Part shown: piece by piece, positions 43,001 through 57,362 of the stretch
How the letters are laid out: the number at the start of each line of letters is the position of its first letter
How positions within the stretch are numbered: the first letter of the stretch is position 1
NCBI GenBank assembly: GCA_964016885.1
Contig: OZ024748.1
Location: 49,290,001 to 49,354,000 of the forward strand
Reading direction: 5' to 3'
Source: Eledone cirrhosa
Lineage: Eukaryota
DNA: 64,000 nt
The notes under the pieces: generated by a model
The model's input: the letters and a program-made list of their open reading frames with translations, nothing else
What the model was told of the DNA's origin: nothing
The model's database searches: none
Program-made: the position numbers and the translations under genes

Positions 43001-46000
43001 TCCCTTGAAACATGTGTAAGGAATTAAAATGATGTAAAAGCTAACTTTTCCATATATATATTTGATTATATATATATATATATGATCATATATATATATG
43101 ATTATATATATATATATGATTATATATATATATATATATATATGATTATATATATGTATATATATACATGAACTGCAAATACACGTATGTACCTGTTTCT
43201 TGTTCAAATTGCTGGTTATAATCTTTTCTCCACTGAACTGATCCTCCCCAAGATTTCAACTTATTCATTCTATAAGCAACAATCTTGTTCCCAATATTCA
43301 CGAACAAACGAAGTAAGACACTGTCCACTCCCAGCATTTCTACAAAAGCTGCACAGGAGGCTGACACTTGGCTTTGACTGAAATATTTCACTGCTAGTTT
43401 TGTGGCAATCTGACATGCATATTGCACTCTGAAGTAGAAAATAGACATGACAACATTACAGGAGCTCTTTCTTAACGTCTTGTACTGCATGAAACCACAC
43501 ATTAGCAAATCATTCTTGGAAAATACTCTGACTGCTTTAATACTGCAAATTTTCACAATAATCTCTCCACTAGTAAAGATATTGTGTGTATGGTATGGTC
43601 TTGTAACTCCTAAGAGAGTAGTAGGAACACCACATTGACATACAGCGTTTCTAGGGCATTTTTAAAACCTGGTGGAGCCCATCCCCTCTCCAGGCCTGAA
43701 TACAGCAGATTTCATCCAGAGAAGGATAGAGAGTGATAGATAGGAAGTGAGAAAGAGGTATAGAGGTAGAATCAACCTCTGTACTTGACTGGTATTTTTT
43801 TTATTGACCTTAAATGGATGAAAGGTAAAGTTGACTTCAGAACATACAAGGCCATACATAAATGCTGCAAAGCAGCATTTTATCCAATACTCTACCAATT
43901 TTACCAAACCACTGCCCATGTATCAATTAATATTAAAAATAAAAGTTTGATATAAGACCTTTGTTTTATAGTAACCATGATAAGGTAAAACTGATAGTTA
44001 CCTATGTTGAACTATAAAAGAGCCATGACAAACTATAAAAGTGCTTGTCAAACCCATGGCAGCATAAAAGAACAGATAAAATGATGACTGTATGATGCCT
44101 TGTGCAAAGTGTGATGTTGTAGTGAAACATGGGCAGTGATTGCAAAGGACATGTGTAGGCTGGAGGGAGAAATGAAGCAACCATGTTTTGTTGGAGGTGC
44201 AATGTAAATGTGAGAGAATAGCAAAACTTGGACGAACTGAGGGAGAAACTGGGTTTAAGAGGAATCCGAAGTCATGCGCAAGAGAGAAGACTGCATTGGT
44301 ACGGACATGTGATGCACATGGATGATGATCGCTGGGTGAAGAAGTGCCAGGAAATCCCAGTGGAAGGAAGCTGTAGTAGAGGTAGATCAAGGAAGACTTG
44401 GGCAGAGGTGGTGAAAGCTGACCTCATATTACTGAGACTCAAAGAGGAGATGATGAAGGAATGCGACAAGTGGAGACATGCTCTACTGAAAAAGACTCAT
44501 CCAACCCAAGCAAGCATGGAAAAACGAATGTCAAAACAATGATGATGATGATGACTTGATAAGGTGAAGCTGATATTTACCTGTGTTGAGCTATAACAGT
44601 GCCATGGTTGAACTCATCAGTTAAGAAGGAACAGAAAGCAAATGTAGGCCTTCCTTGTCGTAGATAATATGTAAAATCAATGTCTTCATGTTGGGCATAT
44701 TTAGATACAAGCTCTGGCAGAGAGAAGTGAGGCATCACTTTCAGGTTTTCTGTAAGAGGAAAACAAAAGTTATATGTAAAAATCACTGTATTAGGAAATC
44801 TTGCAAAAGCAGTTGTTAATCCCTTGTATTAAAAGTCTAAAGTCTGTGTTGACCCCAGAAGCTCATCAGGCTGGTGTTTATACCAGTTTCTATAGTTTTA
44901 AGTGACAGAGTACAAGACTCGCCATTGGATAGGATGCCAGTCAATTACAGGGTTAAATCCCCCAGCTATTGTTGGTGCTCATTTTCAGCTGAGTATACTG
45001 GAGCAACATGAAATGAAGTGTGTTGCTCAAGAATGCAACACAACAGGTCAGGAATCAAACCCATAACATTATGATTGTAAGTCCAACACACTTACCACTA
45101 GGCCATGTGACTCCACTTTTTTATTGTCATATTCTTAATGAAATACATAGTATTTCAATTAATTAATTAATAAAGAATTTGAAGATGCTATTTGTAACAC
45201 AGTGAAGAATTGTGGTGTAGTGTTTAGGGTGGTAGGGTCATGATCGTAAGGTTTTGAGTTGGATTCCTTGGCCAGTTGGCATATTGTGTCCTTGAGCAAG
45301 ACACTTTATTTCACATTGTTCCAGTTTACTCAACTGACAAGATTGAGTTGTACCTGTAATTCAAAGGGTCAGATTTGTCACATAGTGTGTCATGCTGAAT
45401 CTCCCTGAGAATTATGTTAAGGGTACATGTATCTGTGGAATGCTTAGCCACTTGCATATGTATTTTAAGACCAGGCTGTTCCAAATAGTGAGAATCAGAT
45501 GATAATCATAAGAGAGGAGTCGGGAGAGATATAGATAGATAAATCTTCTTTGACCTGTAACTCCTAGTGGAGTTGTTGGGGTGCCATATTGACATACAGG
45601 GTTTCTTGGACATTGTAAACCTGGCAGAGCCCATCTCCTCTCCAGGTCTGAACATAGCCATTTTCTTCAAGAGAAGGAAAGAAAGTGAGAAAGAGATAAA
45701 GATGAAGAATCAACCCAAGTACTAGACTAGTACTTTTTTTTATCATCATCATAAATTTTACATCCATTTTTCCACGTTTGCATGGATGAAAGGCAAGGTT
45801 AACCTTGGCTGGATTTGAACTCAGAGTGCAGGGATGGAATGAATACTACAATATATTCTATCTGACATTCTAGCAACTCTGCCAATTCACTACTTGCACG
45901 GAAGGAAGGATGGATGGATAGATAAATAGAAAAAGAAGAAGGATGGAGAGAATCAGATGTAACAGAAAAAAGAAAAATGTGATAAAAAAATATATAAAAT

Positions 46001-49000
46001 ATTTACCTTCAACTGTTCCTATATTTGTAGTTTGCCATCCATAGAGCCAGGCAGGGTCAAAAGGTGTGTTGCTCTTGAAACAGAACACAGACAAAGTTTT
46101 ATAACTCATCATCACATTTTCCCATGCTTGCATGGGCTAGACAGGTTTTGAGACTATATTTTACCACCAGATGCCCTTCCTGATGTTGACCCTTTTAGTC
46201 ACCTCATACAATGTAAAGGATATAGTGTATCCATTCTAAAAAGTGGTAAATACATGATATATTTATCATCATTACTATTTAACATCTATTTTCCATACTT
46301 GAATGGGTTAGATGGCTGTCATGTCCTATGGTCAGACTGGTTAGGTGACTAGGTCCTGCTTGTACAATTTAGTTTAGTTTGGTTTCTACGGCTGGATGCC
46401 CTTCACAATGGCAATTACTGGAAGCATTATTGTGACTCCAGCATTAATACCTTACAGAGTGGATTTGGTGCTTTTTGTTGGGGCATCAGCTTTACCACTT
46501 CACAGGGGTGACAAGGTGGTTTGTGTTGTGGCACCAGTATTACAACCTTACATAGTAGACAAGTGGGCTCTAATATATGTTCATGTAATCAAAATTAAAT
46601 TGAAAGACATATTTGACTTAGGCTGTATTTAAACTCAGAGCATAGAGAACGAGAAGAAATATCACAAAATATTCTATCAGACAGTCTAATGACTCAGTTA
46701 ATTTGTCGCCTGTAGCAGTGTTATAAGGGTTAAACTAGTGGTTCTCACTCTTTGTTTTACCTATGAACCCCCTTTGATTCCTATTTTTCTCTGGTGGACC
46801 CCCAATGCCTGCCAAAGAACCCCTGGGAAAATAAACTGGAGACAAAATTCTTGTGTAAGTGTGTGTTCCGACGCATTGAGATGGACGGAATCATATCAGA
46901 CCCACCAAAGATTGTGTTGTTGTGTAGGATTTCATTGCCTAAATCCGTGGGTGGCCATGAGTAGCTCTGGTGTTGTGGTGGAAGGAGCTGAAACACCTAC
47001 AGAGTTACATCACTGCCTGATGAGACATTGGCTCCTGTATTCAGAGACAGAGTTCAGCAGCACCTTCAGCACAGATTTGTGTTTACCAAGCATTGGAGCA
47101 TATATATATAAGCGTGTATGTATATAAATATATTTACACTCCATCACCACTGAACTAGTTGTTGTTTTTATTTTTTCCAGTATCATTTCTTTTGATTTCT
47201 ATAAATTCTTCAGGGAATTTCTTAACTAATTGTTTTGGTTGACTATTTTATTTTATATTTCTAAAAATTTGTTTTCTTTCTTTAAGGCCTAAGATATTTT
47301 CTTGAAAGCCACATTTTTGTCATGGACCCCTAAAATATTACCGTAGACCTTCAATTTACTATTTTTTGGTGTTATATGGACCCTGGTTGAGCACCACTTA
47401 TATAAGAGGTTTGAATCAATAAGGGGTTGTATTGCTGTTGTTTGACCCTAGGTCAAGTCAAGTCGACCCCCAATTTACTGGGGAGTATTTTTGTAGAGCC
47501 ATAAAATACATATGAACCCCCAGAAACCTTATGAGCCCCAGTTAAGAACCATTGGGTTAAAGAAATATAAAACAACACGAGTTGAAATATAAAACAACAT
47601 GAGTTGAAATATAAAACAACATGAGTTGAAATATAAAACAACATGAGTTGAAATATAAAACAACATGAATTGAAATATAAAACAACATGAGTTGAAATAT
47701 AAAACAACATGAGTTGAAATATAAAACAACACGAGTTGAAATATAAAACAACATGAATTGAAATATAAAACACGAGTTGAAATATAAAACACGAGTTGAA
47801 ATATAAAACAACATGAGTTGAAATATAAAACAACATGAATTGAAATATAAAACAACATGAATTGAAATATAAAACAACATGAATTGAAATATAAAACAAC
47901 ATGAGTTGAAATATAAAACAACATGAGTTGAAATATAAAACAACATGAGTTGAAATATAAAACAACATGAGTTGAAATATAAAACAACATGAATTGAAAT
48001 ATAAAACAACATGAATTGAAATATAAAACAACATGAGTTGAAATATAAAACAACATGAGTTGAAATATAAAACAACATGAATTGAAATATAAAACAACAT
48101 GAGTTGAAATATAAAACAACATGAGTTGAAATATAAAACAACATGAATTGAAATATAAAACAACACGAGTTGAAATATAAAACAACATGAGTTGAAATAT
48201 AAAACAACATGAGTTGAAATATAAAACAACATGAATTGAAATATAAAACAACATGAGTTGAAATATAAAACAACATGAGTTGAAATATAAAACATGAGTT
48301 GAAATATAAAACAACAAGAGTTGAAATATAAAACAACATGAGTTGAAATATAAAACAACATGATGATGATGATGAGTTGAGTGGAGTGGAATTAAGTTGC
48401 TTACTTTCATTAATTGGTAGACAGTGATGTCATATTGGCAAACTTTCTTCACAGAAGTTGGAAACAAAGCATCATGGAGTCGAGGATACTTGAGTATACT
48501 GTCTTCTAGAATATTCATGTCAATTCCTTGAAATATGTCAGGAACTGTAGAACTGGCCGTCATCTGAAAGAATAGTTCAATAGGGAACAAAATGTATAGA
48601 GAAATTAATTACTTTCAATGTGTAAATAAACACACAACATATATATACACATACATAAATAAATGTGTGTGTGTGTTTGTGTGAGTATATATACACACAC
48701 ACACATTTACATATAAATATACATACACACACACACAAAATATATTATATAAGTACATACACATACACATAGCATTGTCCTCATTTACTATCTGTTTTCC
48801 TTGCTAACAAAGGTTTGTTGGGTCATCACAGATCAACTCAGTACATAGAGCTACTGATTTAAACAGTCTGGGTACCACACTCTGCAGAGTGTACTGGTTG
48901 TATTTTATGGCACCAACACTAACGATGACATGACGGCAGAGTCCTCTGATGCCTTTGTTTGGCAAGTCCTTCTACGACTGGATGTCATTCCTATCACCAA

Positions 49001-51955
49001 CCACTTTATAGAGTGTACTGAGTACATTTTATCATAGTGTTAGCACTAGAGAGGGTGTTGTGTGCCCTTGACACAACCGAAGAGACCTCACAGCCCAAAG
49101 TGGTAAGAAGATATGTCAGGGGATTTGATAAGAGGGGGTGGAGGACAGTGATAATGAGAACAGTTACTAAGGGGCTGTGATTGATGCGTTGTGATTTAAA
49201 GTTAGGTTAGTGTGATCCTGAATAGAGTGAGGTGTATGGTGATGGTGGAGAGAGGCATGATTTGGTCAGGTCAAATTTACATTATTATACTGATAGGTCA
49301 GTCTTCCCCAGTACCACATGTTGCCGATCCTTGTGTGGATCACACATATTGTGACCATCTCATTGATTTTTCTTGTTCCGCTGCCTCATCTTCCTATTGA
49401 TTTTGTTTTATTTACCCTTAAAAAGTCAAAATGAAGATGAGACACAGAAGAGCAAGAATAGTGATTTGAGAAGGTCACAGAATGTGTGACGAAAGAACTG
49501 TGACAATTAAATAACCATCCCTTTACTAAAGTAACCAAGAGATGTATTAGTTACGCAACTAAGAATATTTCTGATTTAGGCACAAGGCCAATAATTTTTG
49601 GGGAGGGAAAAATTGATTAAATTGATCCTAGTGCATTACTGGTACTTTATTTTATTGACCTCATAAGGATGGGAGGCAAAGCTAACCTTGGTGGGATTTT
49701 AAATCAGAACGTAAAGGGCTGTAACTATATGCTGCAAATTATATTCAATGCTCTATCAAGACTGCCAATCCACTGCCCTTCGCAACTAATAATAAAACTG
49801 AAGTGAAATACAACTGGTTCATATGTTTTTATTGGTAACATGACACTCCCAAAGTATAACCATATATTAAAGATAATTAATATAGTAAAAACCAATGTTT
49901 TTTTATAAAAAGATGTGCCATACCGAAGTTAATAGGTCGTTGCCATAGAGAATGGTTGCCAGGGCAGCCAAAACATGACCTTCTTGAATGAGATTAGTTA
50001 CTGTTGGTTCCTTTAGGTTCCAAATTACCGCAGCATTGGACAGGCTAGCTTCATAGATAGGGTTGGTATCTGTAGAACAAAATAGAACATGTTACCATTC
50101 TATAAAACTATAGAACATTTATTTCTAACTGTTTCACTAACAACAATCTCTTTTATTTAAATGAGCTCTCTCATAGAGCTCTCCTAACCACAACAATTAC
50201 TACCTTTTCACATTGAAAGGAAGAAATATCTAAGCTCAGAGAAGACTGGACACCCAATAATGTGTGTATATTATGTTTTCCCTCTTCATTCATTTATTCC
50301 TGGGAGAGTCATAGGGGCAGAATCCTCAAGCATGCCTTCCATCAGGTCCTGTCAGAAACAACTGTCTCCAGTTGATCCGGTTGAATCCCCAAGCGAGACG
50401 ACCAACTGAGCTCATGCATGTTATCCAACCATCTTTTTCATGGTCTACCCCCCCCCCCCCCCCTGCATCTCCTGCTGGCTGGTTTGGCCTGTAAAATCTC
50501 TCCAGCAATTCTTTCCTGAGACATTCTGACCACATGCCCATAGTATTGGAGCTGTGATCTCTCAATTTGGAGAAGGAACAGCTCTACCTGGAGTGATTCC
50601 GATCTACAAGTTCTGTATTCTATCGAGTAATTTTACTCTAAAGACCCTTGGAATTTTGAACTTCAATCATAGACCTTTGAAGGGTGGGAGCAGACCTCCA
50701 GATCTGGAAATGCAAATCTAGTTAGGTTGTCTCTTGTAGCCATAGATAATCTGTTGCCTAGCTTAACACCGCCACCTGGACCTCGGGTGCTTTTTGCAAA
50801 ATCCTCTATAGCAAACATTTAGACTTGGTATCTAGCTTGAGGATAGCTTTCTCCTCATTCCCACAGAAGGTCTCAGAGGCCCTAAAAAGGGTTATGGGCA
50901 CAGCCCTTCTTCTCTGATTAAATAGTAAGAAAAAGAAAAAGAAAAAGAAAAAGAAAAGGAAACAACGTTTATAAAATCATCTGACTTACCATAAGGGTTC
51001 ACAGACAGAGCATAAAAACTATTGAACATTTTCATCCACATTTCTTCATTACCCTCAAAATATTGCAGGGATAATTGTTTGGGGGTAATTCTGAAAGAAT
51101 AGAAGATATCAATAAAATATATTGTAAACTATATTACAACACAACTATTATTTTAACCCTTTCATTATTATATTTTTAATGAAATTGTATCGATGAAATT
51201 CCCTGCAAAATGGTTGTATGGGTGCCATGACTCTGTAAGGTGTTTGTATTAGTGCCATGACAAAAAGGACTCAGTACACTCTGTAAGGTAGTCATACTGG
51301 TGCTACGACAAAAAGAACATAGCTTAAATATAATTCTATACACCACCCATGTTATTGAGTTATCATTTAGTTAATGTTTGAATGCTTTAAATAAAAACAA
51401 TATTTAAATGAAACAAAAAAAACCCCAAACAAATTATGATGGAAGTGTTTTTAGATAAATATAGCACTTCAAAATAAACAGGTCTGTACCATATAACTAT
51501 GCCCTGTTTCAACTGGTTTGTTATAAAAAAAAGTTAAGAAAGACAAAAATATATACAAGGGTAGGCTGAAAAGTTCATAGGTTGACTATGAAGGAGTGAT
51601 GCTAGAGCTGTGAAATATTTCATGCATTAATTTCTTTCCAGGGATTATATTGAAAAATAAACTTCATTTGGTCATTCCATGAGAGTACCTTGGTCAGCTT
51701 ATGAACTTTTCAGCCAACCCTTGTAGAATCACAGCTCTGATACTATGGGCATGTCGTTAGAATGTCTCAAGAAAGAATTGCTGGACAGATTTTAAAGGCA
51801 AAACAAACTGGCAGGAGACCCAGGATAGATCCCGAGCAAGATGGTTGAATAACATCCATGAGCTCGGCTGGTCTTGCTTGGGGATCCAGTTGGAGACGAT
51901 TGCTTCTGACAGGACCTGCTGGAAGGAGTGTATGAGGACTCTACGACCATCCCAG

Positions 51956-51995
<40 letters not shown>

Positions 51996-54900
51996 TGCTT
52001 CTACTTTTGGCACAAGGCCAGCAATTATCCCAGTGCATTACTGGTACTTTATTTTATTGACCCCATAAGGATTAATGGCAAAGTTAACCTCGGCAGGATT
52101 TGAACTCAGACCGTAAAGGTGTGTAACTCTATACTGCAAAGCATGGTGTCTGACCCTCTACCGATACTGCCAATCAAGAAGATGAATAAAAAGGAGGAGA
52201 AAGGGGAAAGAAAGAAATAAAAAAAAATATTTCATACTTATGAATCTGACAGTATTTCCAGAGCAAATAACCAAAGTTGTTCTTGGTACAATAAGCGATC
52301 ATATCTTGGTGGAATTGGCGCAGTTCTAGAGAATAGTTTCTCACTTCTGTTATTGGAGAAGGCAGATGTAAAACACCTTTTAAGTGGTTCAACAGATGAA
52401 GGAATGTGGCAAAGTTGTGAGTCAGTAAAGAAGGATCTAGAATTCCATTTCTGAAGAACAAAGAAAAAAATGAATTAACTCTTTCCGTGCCAGTGCCATT
52501 TTTGATATTTTACTCTTTTTTCATAGAAAGTTCTACTTGATGTACATATACCATTAAATGTATGTGCGTATGTGAGTGCGCGTGTTTGTGTGTGTGTGTG
52601 TATATATATATGTGTGTGTGTGTATGTGTGTCTAATCAATTAACTCTTTGAGTGTAAGCGCTGTTGTCTTTTGGTTATTTTCCTGTTCTTGGCTGGAATT
52701 ACATGTTACAGGTATTGTTAAAAAAACTATTTAAAATGGCAGATTTTCTACAACTGGATACTCAGCCTATTACCAAACATTTGACAGTGTACAGAGTGTA
52801 ACTATTATGTAGATCACCAAAACTAGAAAAGTTGTTATGTCTTTGACACAACTGAAGAGTTCTACCAACACTTTGTTTGGCTACCTTTTAATGACTGGAT
52901 GCCCTTCCTATCACCAACCTCTTTACAGAGTGTAATAGGTGTATTTTATCATGGCCCCAGCACTAAGAGGGTTGTCATGTCTTTGACACAACTGAAGGGT
53001 CCTCTAGTAGATAAAAATATTGAAGTGAAGTTACATACGCTGCTAACAAAGTTTGAACCAATTCCTGGAGATAGTTTGTTCCATTAGTCTTTACAATATT
53101 ATAGATCTGTTGGTAAGAAATATCATCAGGAGCTGAAGCTAGTTCTTTTTTAGATGTGATATGTTCAAATAACCAGTTTAATGCAGCATCAATCCGGTTA
53201 TGGCTGACTAAGTATTCCCACATGACGCTGGGAGGAACATTCTGGACAGGAGGTGCTGCTGGAAAATTGAAGAAATAACATTGATATAGGTTTAGAAACA
53301 ATGTTGGTATTTATCTATTTATTTAAACGTCAGTATAGAGCTAGTAAGCCATAACAGACTTGGTGGGAGGGGGGGGGGCATTTAGTACCCCTTACAGTTA
53401 AGAAACCAAAAGTAGACAGAGAAATATAAAAAAAAAAAGGAAGGCCAATGGAAGGCAAAAGAAAGAAGATAAAGAAAAAAGCAGAAAACAAGAGAAGCTG
53501 TAAAGCAGGTAAACAGTTTCTGTTGGAATATTTACATTATAATAGATATATGCATCATCATCATCATCATCGTTTAATATCTATCTTCCATGCTAGTATG
53601 GGTTGGACGGGTTTGTCCCACTTGAGGCAAGATTGATCGAGTGACCATGTCTCGCTCATATAGAACTGTTTCTGGCTGGTTTTCTATGGCTGGATGCCCT
53701 TCCTAGTGCCAAGTACATTTACAGTGCTTTTTACCGTGTCTCCTACACGACCATGTTACAGTGTGGGCTGGGTGCTTTTTACCGTGTCTCCTACACGACC
53801 ATGTTACAGTGTGGGCTGGGTGCTTTTTACCGTGTCTCCTACACGACCATGTTACAGTGTGGACTGGGTGCTTTTTACCGTGTCTCCTACACGACCATGT
53901 TACAGTGCGGACTGGGTGCTTTTTACCGTGTCTCCTACACGACCATGTTACAGTGCGGACTGGGTGCTTTTTACCGTGTCTCCTACACGACCATGTTACA
54001 GTGCGGACTGGGTGCTTTTTACCGTGTCTCCTACACGACCATGTTACAGTGCGGACTGGGTGCTTTTTACCGTGTCTCCTACACGACCATGTTACAGTGT
54101 GGACTGGGTGCTTTTTACCGTGTCTCCTACACGACCATGTTACAGTGCAGACTGGGTGCTTTTTACCGTGTCTCCTACACGACCATGTTACAGTGCGGAC
54201 TGGGTGCTTTTTACCGTGTCTCCTACACGACCACTTTTGTGTGGGCTGGATGGTTTGTGGTACCAACATAACTTTACAGAGAAAGGGTGGTGTGGGAGAA
54301 TGGGGTAGGGTGTATTGTGGGATGTGAGGTGGGGTGTATATTAGGTTGTATATCATTATCATTATTTAACATCCATTTTCCATGATGGAAATGTATATAT
54401 GTGGGCAGGGGTGTATGTAGATGGATGTAAGTTTGTGTGTGCAGAGGTGCATGTATAGATGTATGTAGAGGTGCAAGTATAGATGTATGTAGAGGTGCAA
54501 GTATAGATGTATGTAGAGGTGCAAGTATAGATGTTTGTAGAGGTGCAGGTATAGATGTATGTAGAGGTGCATGTGTAGATGTATGTAGAGGTGCATGTGT
54601 AGATGTATGTAGAGGTGCATGTGTAGATGTATGTAGAGGTGCATGTATAGATGTATGTAGAGGTGCAGGTATAGATGTATGTATAGATGTATGTAGAGGT
54701 GCATGTATAGATGTTTGTAGAGGTGCATGTATAGATGTATGTAGAGGTGCATGTATAGATGTTTGTAGAGGTGCAAGTATAGATGTATGTAGAGGTGCAT
54801 GTATAGATGTATGTAGAGGTGCAAGTATAAATGTATGTAGAGGTGCAAGTATAGATGTATGTAGAGGTGCATGTATAGATGTATGTAGAGGTGCAAGTAT

Positions 54901-55573
54901 AGATGTATGTAGAGGTGCATGTATAGATGTATGTAGAGGTGCAAGTATAGATGTATGTAGAGGTGCATGTGTAGATGTATGTAGAGGTGCAGGTATAGAT
55001 GTATGTAGAGGTGCATGTATAGATGTTTGTAGAGGTGCAAGTATAGATGTATGTAGAGGTGCATGTATAGATGTTTGTAGAGGTGCAAGTATAGATGTAT
55101 GTAGAGGTGCAAGTATAGATGTCTGTAGAGGTGCAGGTATAGATGTATGTAGAGGTGCAGGTATAGATGTATGTAGAGGTGCAGGTATAGATGTATGTAG
55201 AGGTGCAAGTATAGATGTATGTAGAGGTGCATGTATAGATGTATGTAGAGGTGCAGGTATAGATGTATGTAGAGGTGCAGGTATAGATGTATGTAGAGGT
55301 GCATGTGTAAATGTATGTAGAGGTGCATGTATAGATGTATGTAGAGGTGCAGGCTTGAATGAGTATATATTTATATATGTGAGTTATTATCATTTAACGT
55401 CTATTTTTGCATGTTTGCATGGGTTAGAGGGGTTGTCATGTTATGAAACAAGTCAGGTCAAGTGACCCATGTCTTGCACATACAGATCTGTATTTTAGCT
55501 TAGATTTTATGGCCAGATGTCCTTCCTAATGCCAACCATGTTACAGTGTGGACTGTGTGTTTGTGTGTGCGTG

Positions 55574-55634
<61 letters not shown>

Positions 55635-56530
55635 AGGCATGTGGCGGAGTGGTTAGAGAATTGGATTCGCAATCGTAAGGTTGTGAGTTCGATTCCTGGA
55701 CCAGGCGATGCATTATGTCCTTGAGCAAGACACTTTATTTCACGTTGCTCCTTCTACCTGGAGTTGCGACCGATAGATAGTATTAGCAATTGGAAAGACC
55801 AACGGAAACATTGTTCCCTCGGTCCGATTTGACGAAAGTCGATCGTTCCATTATATATATATATATATCATCATCAAGGTTTGGATGCAGTGAAAGAAAA
55901 GGTGGATAAAAGAGGTATGAGATGTAGTGTGTAGTGGAAGCAAGCTGTAGTAGGAGACCAAGGATGTTTGGGCAGAGGTTGTAGGAGCTGATCTCAAATC
56001 ACTGAAGCTCATGAAGAACAACAAGTAGAGGGATGCTGGACTAGAAAAGACCTATCCAACCCATGCAAGCATGGAAAAGCAGTCATAAAACAATGATGAT
56101 GTTGATGTTGATAATTACGTTGATGATGATGGTGGTGATGACAAAGGTGATGATGTTGATTGTAATGGTGATAATGATGACAATGATGATGATGATGATG
56201 ATGATAAAGGTATTGATGACAGTGGGGATGATGATAGTAATTAGTACAAAAAGAACATGTTAACATGTTAGTACCTTGATTGGTCATGTTGGCATCAAGA
56301 ATGACCAAATTTCTGGTCTCATTTGACCAAGAGAGAAGCCAATCAAGTTGTACATCACAATATGGAGAGATCATCTTTGATGGAGAATCCACATTGTTGT
56401 TAATGCACACTTCTCCACATGAGGTCTTCATATTAATACAAGATGGTGCAATGCTCATACAAGCAGCAATCGGGTCCACAACTTTCCAGCCACTGGAATC
56501 AAATCAGAAACTGAAACAAGTAATATCACA

Positions 56531-56564
<34 letters not shown>

Positions 56565-57303
56565 ATTTTTTCAATTTACAGGGAAATTCCTTTTTTCTGG
56601 CATGTTTACATGCCTACATATTAGATATGTGTAAATATTTATACATGTCGGTGCACTCTCGGTTACACAATCTGTATTTATACAGATATAACTTTATACA
56701 GATATACACTTCAGCTGCTAGCGCAGCTCCCTATATATATATATATAGTGTTAGGTATTTCCCTAGAAAAGGTAAAGGAAAGAAGAATGTTCTATGTATA
56801 GTATATCCAAAACATAATTATTTTATCTGATGAAAAGGCTAGACGCTTCTGTAAGAATTGTCCAGTTTCTTGAAACCATTGGTAAGGGAATAATTATAGT
56901 GTGTTGTTTATTATGTAATTATATATCATCATTTTACGTCCGCTTTTCCCTGCTTGCAAGGGTGGGACGGGAACTGAATCTGGCTTGATTTCTGCAGCTG
57001 GATGCCCTTCCTAACACCAACCTCATTTACAGTGAGTGCTGGGTGCTTTTTTTGCCATGGCACCTCCACGTCCACTTTACAGTGTGGGCTGGGTGCTTTT
57101 TTGCCGTGGCACTTCCATGACCACTTTGCAGTGGAATGATAGGGACCTCAGTCCTATCATCTAATTTCTACAGCTGAGTAAACTGGAGCAATGTGAAATA
57201 AAGTGTCTTGCTCAAGGAAACAACACATCACACGGTCTGAGAATTGAACTCACAACCTTTCGATTGCAAGCCCAATGCTCTAACCACTAAGCCATGTGCC
57301 TCC

Positions 57304-57362
<59 letters not shown>

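Noticed and set aside
46980-47060. GAAA...CTGATGA as a permuted hammerhead
   Set aside because: No stems I or II adjacent to the core.
55632-55705. tRNA gene
   Set aside because: The A and B boxes run directly into a SINE core and many diverged copies exist; it is a SINE head.
56504-56506. In-frame TGA suggesting a pseudogene or selenocysteine
   Set aside because: A same-phase acceptor at 56492 removes it, and all other exons are intact.
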